From positions 203,388-267,387 of the forward strand of contig JAUILZ010000001.1 in NCBI GenBank assembly GCA_030432755.1: a stretch of 64,000 nt of DNA. Direction: 5' to 3'. The position numbers and the translations under genes were made by a program. A model generated the notes under the pieces. That model searched no databases and was not told the DNA's origin. It saw nothing but the letters and a program-made list of their open reading frames with translations. Of this stretch, positions 1 to 11,747 are shown piece by piece (position 1 is the stretch's first letter; each line of letters starts with the position of its first letter). Origin of the DNA: Gammaproteobacteria bacterium. GTDB lineage: Bacteria > Pseudomonadota > Gammaproteobacteria > Arenicellales > Poriferihabitantaceae.

Positions 1-195
1 CCTGCCGAGCTGGATTTCCGCGCGCCCGAAGTCGTATAGCGGCGCGGTATCAAAGGCGGTGATGCCTCGTGAAAATGCTTCCCTGAACAGCCGGATGCGC
101 TCTTCGTCCGTGCAGCGTTTCCGATCCATGGTCCCCAGGATCAGGGGACTCAAAACCAGATGACCCGACTTGTTCTGATGCGTGTCTGCGGACAT
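1..195 (-). CDS. aldo/keto reductase, N-terminal 65 codons only (gene runs off left edge)
   Basis: Manual minus-strand translation from ATG at 195: MSADTHQNKSGHLVLSPLILGTMDRKRCTDEERIRLFREAFSRGITAFDTAPLYDFGRAEIQLGR. GITxFDTAxxY is the AKR N-terminal signature. The start lies 1 nt after the stop of the upstream gene. Confidence 0.6.
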   Translation of the reverse strand, partial: MSADTHQNKSGHLVLSPLILGTMDRKRCTDEERIRLFREAFSRGITAFDTAPLYDFGRAEIQLGR

Positions 196-196
196 A

Positions 197-1498
197 TCAA
201 ATAATGGCGTGCTCAGCGAATGGTTCGCCTCTGGCAATGCGACCATACCCCAGTGGCGACAGGTCCAGGCTGCGGTATTCCCCGTATGTGATCCATTCCG
301 CCAGGCCGCGGCCCATCGCCGGCGCCTGCTGCAGGCCGTGGCCCGAGAAACCGTTGGCGAAAAGGAGGTTGCTCACCGTGTCATGGGGGCCGACGATGGC
401 GTTCTGGTCGAGGGTGTTGTAGGCATAGTGTCCGACCCAGCTGTTCACCAGTTTCACCGCCTCGAACTGCGGGATGCGATGGGCGATCAGCGGCCAGGCT
501 TTCTCCTCCCAGAGCGAATCGTCAGGGGTGAAGTCGTCGTAGTCCACGGCGACGTCGTCGTCGGGTGGGCAGCCTGCCATGTAGTACTGGCCATCGGATC
601 GAACGTGGGGGCCGGCGGGGTCGATGGTCAGCGGTAGCACGCGATCGAGGGGCCGGGCGGCATCGAAGACGAAGGTATGCCGCTTGCGTGGCTCCACCGG
701 GATCTCGATCCCTGCCATGCGCGCGGTGAGCAGCGCGCGGGGGCCGCTGGCGTTGATCACGGTGTTGCAGCCGACCCTCTCGCCACTCGTCAGGGTGACG
801 CTTTCCACTCGCTCGCCGGTGGCATCGCGCGACATCGAAACAACCGCGTTAGCGACGTATTCCACCCCGCGTTCGCGCGCCAGTCGGCGCCACCAGTCGA
901 ACAGCGCAGCGCCCTCGAAGTAGCCCTCGTCAACCGGGTTATGGCTACCGGCAACGATGCCGTCCAGGTTGAGGAACGGGTACTCGCGCGCGAGCTCGTC
1001 GCGATCGAGTATCCGGGTGCCCGCGCCGCAGGCGACCTGCAGCTCCTGGCTCGCTCGCAGCGCGGCGGCGGAGGGTTCGTCCGAAGCGAGGTAGAGATAG
1101 CCGAAACTCTGTAGCGTGATCCGGGGAACGCGCGCATCGCCGCCAAGGTATTCGCGGAAGTTGCGGACGTAGTCGGCGGCGAAGCGTGAGATGCGGATGT
1201 TGAGTTCGGTGGAGAACTGCTGTCGGATACAGCTATTCGTATGCGTAGTGGAGCAGAGCGCGTACGTCGGGTCCCGTTCCACCACCAGCACGCGTCCGTC
1301 GAAGTCGGCGTTGTCCGCGAGGAACCAGGCCGCGGCCGTGCCGTGCATGGCGCCGCCGACGATGACCACGTCATAGTGCGCATGTTTCGGGGTGTCGTGC
1401 CAGCCGGGGACCATGGCGCGAGGGTATAGCGGATTGCGGTCGCGGTAAACGGTGAGCGAGTCCCTGGTTCGTTGGCGGGCGCCTTGCAATGCGGGCAC
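197..1498 (-). CDS. FAD-dependent oxidoreductase (DAO / sarcosine-oxidase-beta-like)
   Basis: 433-aa ORF with the Rossmann motif DVVIVGGAMHGTAAAWFLA near the N-terminus. An alternative ATG at 1414 sits just before that motif. Antisense ORFs here are GC artefacts. Confidence 0.8.
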   Translation of the reverse strand: MPALQGARQRTRDSLTVYRDRNPLYPRAMVPGWHDTPKHAHYDVVIVGGAMHGTAAAWFLADNADFDGRVLVVERDPTYALCSTTHTNSCIRQQFSTELNIRISRFAADYVRNFREYLGGDARVPRITLQSFGYLYLASDEPSAAALRASQELQVACGAGTRILDRDELAREYPFLNLDGIVAGSHNPVDEGYFEGAALFDWWRRLARERGVEYVANAVVSMSRDATGERVESVTLTSGERVGCNTVINASGPRALLTARMAGIEIPVEPRKRHTFVFDAARPLDRVLPLTIDPAGPHVRSDGQYYMAGCPPDDDVAVDYDDFTPDDSLWEEKAWPLIAHRIPQFEAVKLVNSWVGHYAYNTLDQNAIVGPHDTVSNLLFANGFSGHGLQQAPAMGRGLAEWITYGEYRSLDLSPLGYGRIARGEPFAEHAII

Positions 1499-1540
1499 GC
1501 CTGTTTGCTAGAATGAATTGCCCGTCCACGACCCGCCGCC

Positions 1541-2797
<1,257 letters not shown>

Positions 2798-2810
2798 GCC
2801 CGCTGATCCC

Positions 2811-4019
2811 GTGGCGCTGGAATCCCTGCTCAATGCCGAGGCGGTACGTGAACGCTGTCTTCGGATCGGCGCGGCAGTGGAATCGGGCGATGGCCGCTGG
2901 TTCCGCTACCGGCCGCAATGCCTGGCGTCGTGCGTCGAACGTGTGAGCACCGAGTGCCGCGCCAATTACCCGGATCTCGACATTCCCTTTCACAGCCGCT
3001 GGCGGCATTTCGTGGTGGACGGTGTCGACCTCTGGCAGCACTACCTGGAAGCTCGCCTGGTCGATGCGGACAGCGCAATCCTGGCGCGCAGCGCCATTGA
3101 CCTCGCCGTGCTGAGCGTGATCCTGGATGCCGGTGCTGGTGCCGACTGGCGCTACCGCGACCCGGTGACCGGCACGGTTCTCGCGCGTTCCGAGGGCCTC
3201 GCCGCGGCCACCGTGGACCTGTTCTTCAATTACCTCGGCCAGGACGACGGCGAGGGTGGGCTGGCGCTCACAGCGACCTCCCTGCTGCACGCCGATCAAT
3301 CAACCGTCGCTGAGGCGTTCCAGCACGATAGTGGTAACCAGCTCCTTGGACTCGCCGGACGCGTCGCCCTGTTACGCGGCCTTGGAAAACGGCTGCAAGA
3401 ACTGGCGCCCACCGGCATGACGCGCCCGGGCCATCTGTTCGACCGCCTTCAGGCCACTTCCCCGGCTGGAGAATTGCAAGCCGGTGCGGTACTCGAGGAG
3501 GTGCTTGCATGCTTCAACCCGATCTGGCCATCCGGACTGGAAGTGAATGGCACCGCGCTCGGCGACTGCGGCCGCCATGTATTGGTTGCCACGGACGACG
3601 ACACCAGTCAGCTGGTGCCGTTCCACAAGCTGTCCCAGTGGCTCAGCTATTCGTTACTGGAACCGCTGGCGGATGCAGGTCTGGATATTGTCGCCCACGA
3701 CCGGCTCACCGGCCTGCCGGAGTATCGCAACGGCGGACTCTTTCTCGACACCGGCGTGATCCTGCCCCACGATCCGGACCTGCTCATACAGACCCTGGCG
3801 CTCGATCACGAGGCGGTGGTGGAATGGCGTGCGCTTACGGTCTGGCTGCTCGACCGCGTTGCCGCGGGCGTGCGCGAGAACCTCGGCCGCAGCGAGACCG
3901 AACTGCCCCTCGCCAGCGTCCTCCAGGGCGGCACCTGGAGCGCGGGACGCAAGCTCGCGCAGGAAAAGCGCGGCGGCGAACCGCCCATCCACCTCGCCAT
4001 CGACGGCACGGTGTTCTAG
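2811..4019 (+). CDS. DUF1688 / URC4-type protein
   Basis: 402 aa with a GTG start 13 nt after the previous stop. The family call comes from remembered sequence character (FHKLSQWLSYSLLEP, GLPEYRNGGLFLDTG) and was not searched. Coding-type codon bias. Confidence 0.65.
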   Translation: MALESLLNAEAVRERCLRIGAAVESGDGRWFRYRPQCLASCVERVSTECRANYPDLDIPFHSRWRHFVVDGVDLWQHYLEARLVDADSAILARSAIDLAVLSVILDAGAGADWRYRDPVTGTVLARSEGLAAATVDLFFNYLGQDDGEGGLALTATSLLHADQSTVAEAFQHDSGNQLLGLAGRVALLRGLGKRLQELAPTGMTRPGHLFDRLQATSPAGELQAGAVLEEVLACFNPIWPSGLEVNGTALGDCGRHVLVATDDDTSQLVPFHKLSQWLSYSLLEPLADAGLDIVAHDRLTGLPEYRNGGLFLDTGVILPHDPDLLIQTLALDHEAVVEWRALTVWLLDRVAAGVRENLGRSETELPLASVLQGGTWSAGRKLAQEKRGGEPPIHLAIDGTVF

Positions 4020-4038
4020 CAGTTCTCTAGGATCGCAA

Positions 4039-5529
4039 TCAGGCTGGCGTCGCCCGATCCATCGACCACGAGCGGAGCTGGTTGAACTGCTCCTTCATGG
4101 TGCGTGACAGTGGCACGATGCTGGAGGACTTGAGCGAGATATCCTGTTGGGTGAATGGCCGGCCGGCATTGAAGGCCTCGATGCGCGCGGCCTTCACAAC
4201 CTGCTCGATCTCCGCGCCGGACCAGCCCTTGGTGAGCAGGGTGAGCACGCCAAAGTCGAACTTCTTCGCCTCGCCGCCCGCGGCGGCGATATGGATACGG
4301 AAGATCTCCTCGCGCGCGCGTTCATCGGGCAGGTCGATGAAGAATACCTGGTCGAAGCGACCCTTGCGGATCATCTCCGCTGGGAGCTTGTTGATGCGGT
4401 TGGCGGTGGCGGCGACGAACAGGCCCGGGGGCTTTTCCTGCATCCAGGTGAGGAAGCTCGAGAACACGTTGACGTTGCGACCGGCGGCCTTGTCATCGTC
4501 GTAGCCGAAGCTGTTCTCCATCTCGTCGATCCAGAGCACTACCGGCGAGATGCTTTCGGCGATGCGGGTCGCGCGGTCGAAGGCGTATTCCGGCGGGCCG
4601 TATACACCGGACAGCACGAGGTTCATGTCGAGGCGCACCAGCTGCAGGTCCCAGGCCGAGGCGATGGTCTTGGCGGCGAGGCTCTTGCCACAGCCGCTGA
4701 TGCCCATGAAAAGCACCCCCGTGGGCAGCGGCACACCCTGGTCCTGGGCCTCCTTGCCCAGCAGGCGCTTGCGTGAGCTTACCCATTCCTTGAGCCGGTA
4801 CAGGCCGCCGATGGAATCGATGTCGAAGCGGTTCGGTATCACGCGCAGGCAGCTTTCCTTGAGCAGCATCTGCGCCTTTTCCTCGTAGCTTTCCTCGAGC
4901 GCGTGATTCAGGTCGAAATCACCCCGCGTGCGCAGTCGCTGGAAGAGGTGGCGGATCTCGCTCATGGACAGTCCGCGCAAGCTCTGGGTGAAGCGCCGCA
5001 GCCAGCGGCTGTCGACGCGGATCTCGCCGCCCGAGGCATTGATGACGCCGGCAAGGTAGTTGTATACCTCGCGGTCCGTGGGCAGACCAAGCTCGGTGAC
5101 GAAAAGCTCCTTCTTCAGCTCCTCCGGTACCTTGGGCTCGGGATAGGAGAAGAACACCATCAGGTCGCGGCCGCTGGCCTGGTAATAGAAGTCCCGTAGC
5201 GAGCGGATCAGCAGGGGATTGCCCTCGAACTGGGACGGCAGGTCCTTCATCAGGAAGAAGCCGCTCTCGCCGCGCCCGAGAATCCAGGTCAGCGCGGCGA
5301 CCGGGTCCCGCAGGGCGGGATCGCCCGCGCCTTCCATGTCGAAACCCGCGGCGGTGGTCCAGCTATGGAAATGACGGTCGTCGCCGAAATGCGCCTTGGC
5401 GGCTTCAGCGATATATCCGGCGATCCGCTCCTCCTCGGCGCCGATGGTGAACACCAGCGGATAGCGCGAATCCACCGCCTTCTGGATATCGTCGGCAAAC
5501 TTTACCGGTTTGCCACTAGCCTGCGCCAT
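4039..5529 (-). CDS. Ycf46-type AAA+ ATPase
   Basis: 496 aa with a single AAA module in the C-terminal half: Walker A GISGCGKS, Walker B VVLWIDEME, RKGRFDQVFFIDLP. It has an N-terminal domain of about 230 aa of unknown function. GGAAGGGG lies upstream of the ATG. Confidence 0.8.
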   Translation of the reverse strand: MAQASGKPVKFADDIQKAVDSRYPLVFTIGAEEERIAGYIAEAAKAHFGDDRHFHSWTTAAGFDMEGAGDPALRDPVAALTWILGRGESGFFLMKDLPSQFEGNPLLIRSLRDFYYQASGRDLMVFFSYPEPKVPEELKKELFVTELGLPTDREVYNYLAGVINASGGEIRVDSRWLRRFTQSLRGLSMSEIRHLFQRLRTRGDFDLNHALEESYEEKAQMLLKESCLRVIPNRFDIDSIGGLYRLKEWVSSRKRLLGKEAQDQGVPLPTGVLFMGISGCGKSLAAKTIASAWDLQLVRLDMNLVLSGVYGPPEYAFDRATRIAESISPVVLWIDEMENSFGYDDDKAAGRNVNVFSSFLTWMQEKPPGLFVAATANRINKLPAEMIRKGRFDQVFFIDLPDERAREEIFRIHIAAAGGEAKKFDFGVLTLLTKGWSGAEIEQVVKAARIEAFNAGRPFTQQDISLKSSSIVPLSRTMKEQFNQLRSWSMDRATPA

Positions 5530-5621
5530 GCCCGCCCCTTCCTGTTCTATTTGTCATAAGGCTATTGTGACACGAATCATGTTTTCCGAACCTCGATCAC
5601 TGCACTAGCGTGGAAACGGAT

Positions 5622-6065
5622 TCAGGCGCGCTCATCCTTGGCCGAATCCATGACGATATAGGAGGTGACTCCGCGCACCTTGGGCAGGGCACCGAGTACA
5701 TCGGTATGGAATCGCTTGTAGGCCGGGAGGTCGGCCACCTCGACGCGCAGCAGGTATTCCACCGACCCCGTGATCTGGTGGCATTCCTTGACCTGGCGCG
5801 CGGCGCTGACGCCCTTCTCGAATGCCTCCAGGCTGGCGCGCGCGTGATCCGCCAGGGAGATTGCCACGTAGACGATGAACCCTTCGTCCACCTGGTCGCG
5901 GTCGATCACCGCGCGATAGCCGCGAATCACGCCCTGGCGTTCGAGTTCCTGCACCCGCCGCAGGCAGGCCGACACGGAAAGCCCGACGCGTGACGCAAGC
6001 TCCGTGTTGCTGATACGACCATCGTTGCGAAGGACCTGGAGAATCTTCTGGTTTGTTCTGTCCAT
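5622..6065 (-). CDS. Lrp/AsnC family transcriptional regulator
   Basis: 147 aa starting MDRTNQKILQVLRNDGRISNTELASRVGLSVSACLRRVQELERQGVIRGY (HTH plus RAM domain). The 313-aa ORF in the track is an upstream over-extension. Confidence 0.9.
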   Translation of the reverse strand: MDRTNQKILQVLRNDGRISNTELASRVGLSVSACLRRVQELERQGVIRGYRAVIDRDQVDEGFIVYVAISLADHARASLEAFEKGVSAARQVKECHQITGSVEYLLRVEVADLPAYKRFHTDVLGALPKVRGVTSYIVMDSAKDERA

Positions 6066-6082
6066 GCGCAATATTATTGCGC
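6066..6082. promoter_or_regulatory. 17-nt perfect palindrome GCGCAATATTATTGCGC, probable Lrp operator; related half-copy GCAAAATTATTGCGC at 6109-6123
   Basis: Read directly from the sequence. It lies in the 81-bp divergent lrp/lysE intergenic region, abutting the lrp start codon. Confidence 0.5.
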
Positions 6083-6146
6083 AGAGTGTCGGTATTAACA
6101 AATAATTTGCAAAATTATTGCGCTGAAACGGGCGTATCTTTGTGCC

Positions 6147-6749
6147 ATGGAACAGGAAGTACTTGTCGCACTCGTGGCCTTCGCCTTCGTGTCCTCGGTA
6201 ACGCCGGGGCCGAACAATCTCATGCTCATGGCCTCCGGCACCAACTTCGGCATCGCGCGCACGGTGCCCCACATGCTCGGGGTGGGCATCGGCTTCAGTG
6301 TCATGGTGGCGCTGGTGGGCGCGGGACTGATGCAGGTTTTCGATGCCTGGCCGGTCAGCCACACCATCCTGCGCGTGGTCAGCGTGTTTTACCTCGGCTG
6401 GCTGGCGTGGAAGGTCGCCACCGCCAGGCCGCCCGAGGGCGCCGATGCAGCCAACCAGGGCAAACCGTTCACCTTCCTCCAGGCGGCGGCATTCCAGTGG
6501 GTCAACCCCAAGGCATGGGCGATGGCCCTGACCGCCATCAGCGCCTACACCCCGGAACACCACCCCATTGGCAGCGTGCTCGTCGTCGCCCTGGCGTTCG
6601 GCATCGTGAACATTCCCAGCATCAGTATCTGGGTGGTGATCGGCAGCCAGCTGCGCCGCCTGCTGCGTGACCCGCTAAGATTGCGCCTGTTCAACTGGGC
6701 GATGGCGGTCCTGCTGCTGGGATCGCTCTACCCGGTACTCTTTAACTGA
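6147..6749 (+). CDS. LysE/RhtB family amino-acid exporter
   Basis: 200 aa hydrophobic protein with N-terminal SVTPGPNNLMLMASG, typical of the LysE family. It is divergent from an Lrp regulator, the classical pairing. Confidence 0.85.
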   Translation: MEQEVLVALVAFAFVSSVTPGPNNLMLMASGTNFGIARTVPHMLGVGIGFSVMVALVGAGLMQVFDAWPVSHTILRVVSVFYLGWLAWKVATARPPEGADAANQGKPFTFLQAAAFQWVNPKAWAMALTAISAYTPEHHPIGSVLVVALAFGIVNIPSISIWVVIGSQLRRLLRDPLRLRLFNWAMAVLLLGSLYPVLFN

Positions 6750-6765
6750 CCAGGAGGGTGACCGG

Positions 6766-7458
6766 ATGCGGGAAAAAGTGGTGGTGTTCACCGGCGCCGG
6801 GGTGAGCGCGGAAAGTGGCCTCGGCACGTTTCGTGACGCCGGTGGCCTGTGGCACGAACACTCGGTATACGACGTCGCCACCCCTGAGGCTTTCGCCCGG
6901 AATCCCGAACTCGTGCTTTCCTTCTATAACGAGCGTCGCAGCAAGGCGGCCGCCGCCGAGCCGAACGCTGGTCATCGCGCCATCGCCGAACTTGAGCAGG
7001 GTTTCGATGTGGTGGTGGTGACCCAGAACGTGGACGACCTGCATGAACGCGCCGGGTCTTCGCGCGTCATCCACCTGCATGGCAAGCTGCGCGAGGCCCG
7101 CGGCAGCGATCATCCCGAAGCGGTGCGGGACATCGGCGCCGAACCGATCAACCTCGGTGATCTGTGTGAGCGTGGTAGCCAGCTCCGTCCCAACGTGGTC
7201 TGGTTCGGCGAGGAGATTCACCACGTGGATGCCGCGGTGCGGGAGATCCGCGCCGCCGACCGGTTGCTCGTGGTCGGCACCTCGCTGTCGGTCTATCCCG
7301 CCGCAGGACTGCTCGGCGACGCCTGGAACGCGCGCGAGAAGGTGATCGTCACCCTGGATCTCGACGACCCACCACGCGGTTACGAGTGGCGTCGGGGCAA
7401 GTCAGCGGAATTGCTGCCGGGGCTGGTGGCAGAGTGGCTCGCCTTTCCACCGGGTTGA
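6766..7458 (+). CDS. cobB: NAD-dependent protein deacylase (Sir2 family)
   Basis: 230 aa with FTGAGVSAESGLGTFRDAGGLW, VVTQNVDDLHERAG and the LHG motif characteristic of sirtuins. Confidence 0.9.
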   Translation: MREKVVVFTGAGVSAESGLGTFRDAGGLWHEHSVYDVATPEAFARNPELVLSFYNERRSKAAAAEPNAGHRAIAELEQGFDVVVVTQNVDDLHERAGSSRVIHLHGKLREARGSDHPEAVRDIGAEPINLGDLCERGSQLRPNVVWFGEEIHHVDAAVREIRAADRLLVVGTSLSVYPAAGLLGDAWNAREKVIVTLDLDDPPRGYEWRRGKSAELLPGLVAEWLAFPPG

Positions 7459-7479
7459 TTCACCCGGGCACCCTGCGGT

Positions 7480-8820
<1,341 letters not shown>

Positions 8821-8900
8821 TCAGTATCAGCTTCGAATGCGGTCAGCCGAAGGCGATGCGCTGCCGTCGGGCCGGACGCGAGCCCCGCCGTGATCAGGCC

Positions 8901-8930
8901 GGAGAAAAGGATAGGCCGTGATTTCACGGC
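8901..8930 (-). terminator. intrinsic terminator candidate after beta-helix gene P1
   Basis: On the minus strand: GCCGTG-AAAT-CACGGC followed by CTATCCTTTTCTCC, 12 nt after the stop codon. Confidence 0.5.
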
Positions 8931-8942
8931 TGTGCTTCCGGT

Positions 8943-10175
8943 TCAGAGTTTCTCCGCCACTCGCGTCCTCGTGGGATTGACCTTCGCGCGGAAGTCATCG
9001 CCGACGAGGCTGCCACCGCAGACCCCGTCGTGGTCGTCCAGGTCGAGCACGGGGTCGAGGCCCGTGGGGTCGCCGTAGTAATGACCATCGGGACGCAGCG
9101 TGGTGCCGCTGTTGTTTTCGATCCCGCAGCCTGCGCCACTGGCGAAGCTGTTGTTGCGGCGGAACGTCTCGACGTCGGTGGTCGGGGTCAGGGTGAAACC
9201 GATGTCGTTGCTGACCGCGGTATTGCTGTCCACCCGCGCGGCGACCAGGTCGTCGAGGAAAAAGCCGCTGAAATCGTTGAACACCGCCAGGTTGTGGCGG
9301 ATCACCGGCGCCTGGAAAGTGTCCACTTGGTCGAAGTCGAAGCCGTAATTGTGATTCAGCAGGGCGACGTTGCCCTGGCTGTTGCTGCCGTCGGCGTCCA
9401 GCAGGGTGAAGCCGTTGTCGTCGTTGAACTCGCTGACGTTGTCCTTGAGGCGCGCGAACTCGCTGTTGTTGTCCAGCAGGAAGCCGGCGCTGGAGTTGTA
9501 GGCGGACACGTTGCGCTGGAACACCAGTCGGTCGCTGTTGGCGATTTCGTACCCGTCGCTGCCATTGTCACGCGCCAGGTTGTCGCGGAAGATGCCGTCG
9601 TCACAGTGCTCGCAGCCGATGCCGACGTTGTCGTTGAGCTCGGCGACGTTATAACGCGCCTGGACGCGCTCGCCGGACAGGTAGATGCCCCAGAAGCTGA
9701 GAATGGCACGGTTGCCTTCCACCCGTATTTTCTCGGTGCCCGCCACGGTGACCACGATCGCACCGTAGCCCGCGCTGTCCGCGCCGCCCACGGTGAATCC
9801 CTTGCCTCGTTTGCCGATGCGCACCCTGGATTGGCGGATGTCGATGCCGTGGGTGTTTACCAGGGTGGTGCGGATCACCGTGGCATGCATCCCGTTCGTG
9901 GACTCGAGCTTGAGCCCCTCGAGGTCCTGTCCGCCGGCGTTCTGGTGGATGACGACGTTCTCCTCGTAGTATCCCGGGCCGACCAGTACGCGGTCATTGG
10001 GACCGGAGCGTTGGGTGATGGCATACTGGATGCTGGCGCAGGGGGAGGGCTTGCTGCCGCAGTCGGGCGTGTCCTCGCCCCATTTATCCACCCGGACGGT
10101 GGCGCCGTGGACGATGCCGCTCCCGGCGATGGCCGCGAGCAGCGCGATGCTGTTGATGATGGTCCTGGTTGCCAT
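8943..10175 (-). CDS. secreted right-handed parallel beta-helix repeat protein (paralogue P1)
   Basis: 410 aa with signal peptide LLAAIAGSGIVHG/ATV. It carries the motif TVRVDKWGEDTPDCGSKPSPC, then NDRVLVGPGYYEE, then repeated NxxxxN/G beta-helix turns. GGAG lies before the ATG. Confidence 0.85.
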   Translation of the reverse strand: MATRTIINSIALLAAIAGSGIVHGATVRVDKWGEDTPDCGSKPSPCASIQYAITQRSGPNDRVLVGPGYYEENVVIHQNAGGQDLEGLKLESTNGMHATVIRTTLVNTHGIDIRQSRVRIGKRGKGFTVGGADSAGYGAIVVTVAGTEKIRVEGNRAILSFWGIYLSGERVQARYNVAELNDNVGIGCEHCDDGIFRDNLARDNGSDGYEIANSDRLVFQRNVSAYNSSAGFLLDNNSEFARLKDNVSEFNDDNGFTLLDADGSNSQGNVALLNHNYGFDFDQVDTFQAPVIRHNLAVFNDFSGFFLDDLVAARVDSNTAVSNDIGFTLTPTTDVETFRRNNSFASGAGCGIENNSGTTLRPDGHYYGDPTGLDPVLDLDDHDGVCGGSLVGDDFRAKVNPTRTRVAEKL

Positions 10176-10235
10176 GGAATGCTCCTGTCATGTCTGGTGG
10201 ATGTCGACGGTGACTCCGGGTTGGCGGATCGCCGC

Positions 10236-10251
10236 TGGCACGAACCGTGCC
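10236..10251 (-). promoter_or_regulatory. sigma-54 promoter candidate upstream of P1 (palindromic)
   Basis: The minus strand reads AGGCACGGTTCGTGCC, with GG and GC separated by exactly 10 nt. The predicted start near 10226 leaves a leader of about 51 nt to the P1 ATG. The same bases read TGGCACGAACCGTGCC on the plus strand. Confidence 0.4.
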
Positions 10252-10390
10252 TCTGACACGTGGTCGGCGGGAAATTCGTTCCGGTTCAAGGGAAACGCCC
10301 GGTAATTCGTCACAATCCGGTGACATGCCCGTGGCGCGGGATACCGTGCCGCGGGCGCCGGGCCCTGGAGAGGGCCTGACAATCGGTGAA

Positions 10391-11644
10391 TCAGAGGCGC
10401 GAGGCGCGCTTCGCCTGGAAATTGTGGACACGCGTGGCGTGGCTCCCAGCCGACGGGTCCGGCCCGCACAGCGCATCGTGTCCGTCGAGGTCGACGGCGC
10501 CATCGGGACCGCTGGCGGCGCCGAAATAGTGCCTGTCGTATTCGAGCAGGATGCCCGACGCGTTGATGACGCCGCAGCCGGACTGGTTGGCGAAGGTGTC
10601 GTTGCGGCTGAACGTTTCCATGCCAGCCCCGGGCACCAGGCCCGCGCCGACGGCATTGCCCGTCATGGTGTTGGCCTCGAATCGTCCGCCGGAGAACCCA
10701 TCCAGGACGAAACCCACGGTGCCGTTGGCGACCGCGGCGTTGCCACGCATCACCGCGGTCTCGTTGAAGCTGGCCTGCAGGAGGTTGAAGCCGTTACTGA
10801 TGTTGGAGAAGGCGATATTTCGCTGGAGCACGTTGCCGCCCATGTCGTGGATCTCGAAGCCGTTGTCCGTGTTGAACTCGGCCACGTTGTCCTGAAATCG
10901 CGAGCGTTCGTCGATACCGCTGATGAGAAAGCCGCTGGTGGTGTTGTGCGCCGAGACATTGCGTTGAATTACGGACTTTTCAGACCCGACTACCACGATG
11001 CCGTAATCGCCGTTGCGTGCAACATTATCGCGGATCACCGCGGAGATACAGGATTCGCAGGCGATACCCGCGGTGTCGATCCCCTCCGATACGTTATAGC
11101 GAATGACCGGTCGCTCGCCGCGTACCATGATCCCGCGATCACTGCGGAGTACGCGATTGCCTTCCACGCGCACATTGGGTTGTCCGGGCAATTCGACCTC
11201 GATAGCGGAGTAGCCTGGCGAGGTAGCGCCCTCCACGGTGAATCCACGTCCCTTGCGGCCGACACGCACGCCGGGTGCGGCAACCAGGACGCCGTGCTGG
11301 TTTGCAGCGGTGATATTGATCAGCGTGGCATGCATGCCAGCAGTGGATTCGAGGCGTAGCGCGGCAAGCAGTTCGCCACCGGCGTTGGTCTCGATGGTCA
11401 CGGCTTCCTCGTACCGTCCAGGACCCACCAGTACACGGTCTCGCGCACCCGCGCGCTGATCCAGTGCGTACTGGATGGTTTCGCACGGCGTATTACGGCT
11501 GCCACAGTCGGCAGTGTCTTCTCCCCATTTTTCCACCCGCAGCGTTGCGGCATGAGCGCCCTGCAGGGCTGCCAATACGGTCAGAATCGCCGCGGCGAAC
11601 TTGCGTTGGTTATTCACGGTTGTCTCCTTCGTTCCGGTTTGCAT
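10391..11644 (-). CDS. secreted right-handed parallel beta-helix repeat protein (paralogue P2)
   Basis: 417 aa with signal peptide AILTVLAALQGAHA/ATL. It has TLRVEKWGEDTADCGSRNTPC and RDRVLVGPGRYEE and is colinear with P1. Confidence 0.85.
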   Translation of the reverse strand: MQTGTKETTVNNQRKFAAAILTVLAALQGAHAATLRVEKWGEDTADCGSRNTPCETIQYALDQRAGARDRVLVGPGRYEEAVTIETNAGGELLAALRLESTAGMHATLINITAANQHGVLVAAPGVRVGRKGRGFTVEGATSPGYSAIEVELPGQPNVRVEGNRVLRSDRGIMVRGERPVIRYNVSEGIDTAGIACESCISAVIRDNVARNGDYGIVVVGSEKSVIQRNVSAHNTTSGFLISGIDERSRFQDNVAEFNTDNGFEIHDMGGNVLQRNIAFSNISNGFNLLQASFNETAVMRGNAAVANGTVGFVLDGFSGGRFEANTMTGNAVGAGLVPGAGMETFSRNDTFANQSGCGVINASGILLEYDRHYFGAASGPDGAVDLDGHDALCGPDPSAGSHATRVHNFQAKRASRL

Positions 11645-11747
11645 TTGGCGCGCGCACGGGTGACGCGGCGCGCCCGAATGACCGGTGGTCGGAGGGGTGA
11701 GGAAAACGGTTCAATCCGATGCGAAGGGTTCCCTCGTGACGACTATG

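Noticed and set aside
5552-5572. TGTCA-N11-TGACA inverted repeat upstream of the AAA+ gene, superficially like a GlrR box
   Set aside because: The spacer is 11-13 nt rather than 10, and no -24/-12 element follows. It is a 5-bp inverted repeat of low information content.
5622-6563. 313-aa ORF suggesting a much larger Lrp-family protein
   Set aside because: Only the last 147 codons (from MDRTNQKIL at 6065) look like Lrp/AsnC. The upstream part is antisense to the LysE gene and its promoter region.
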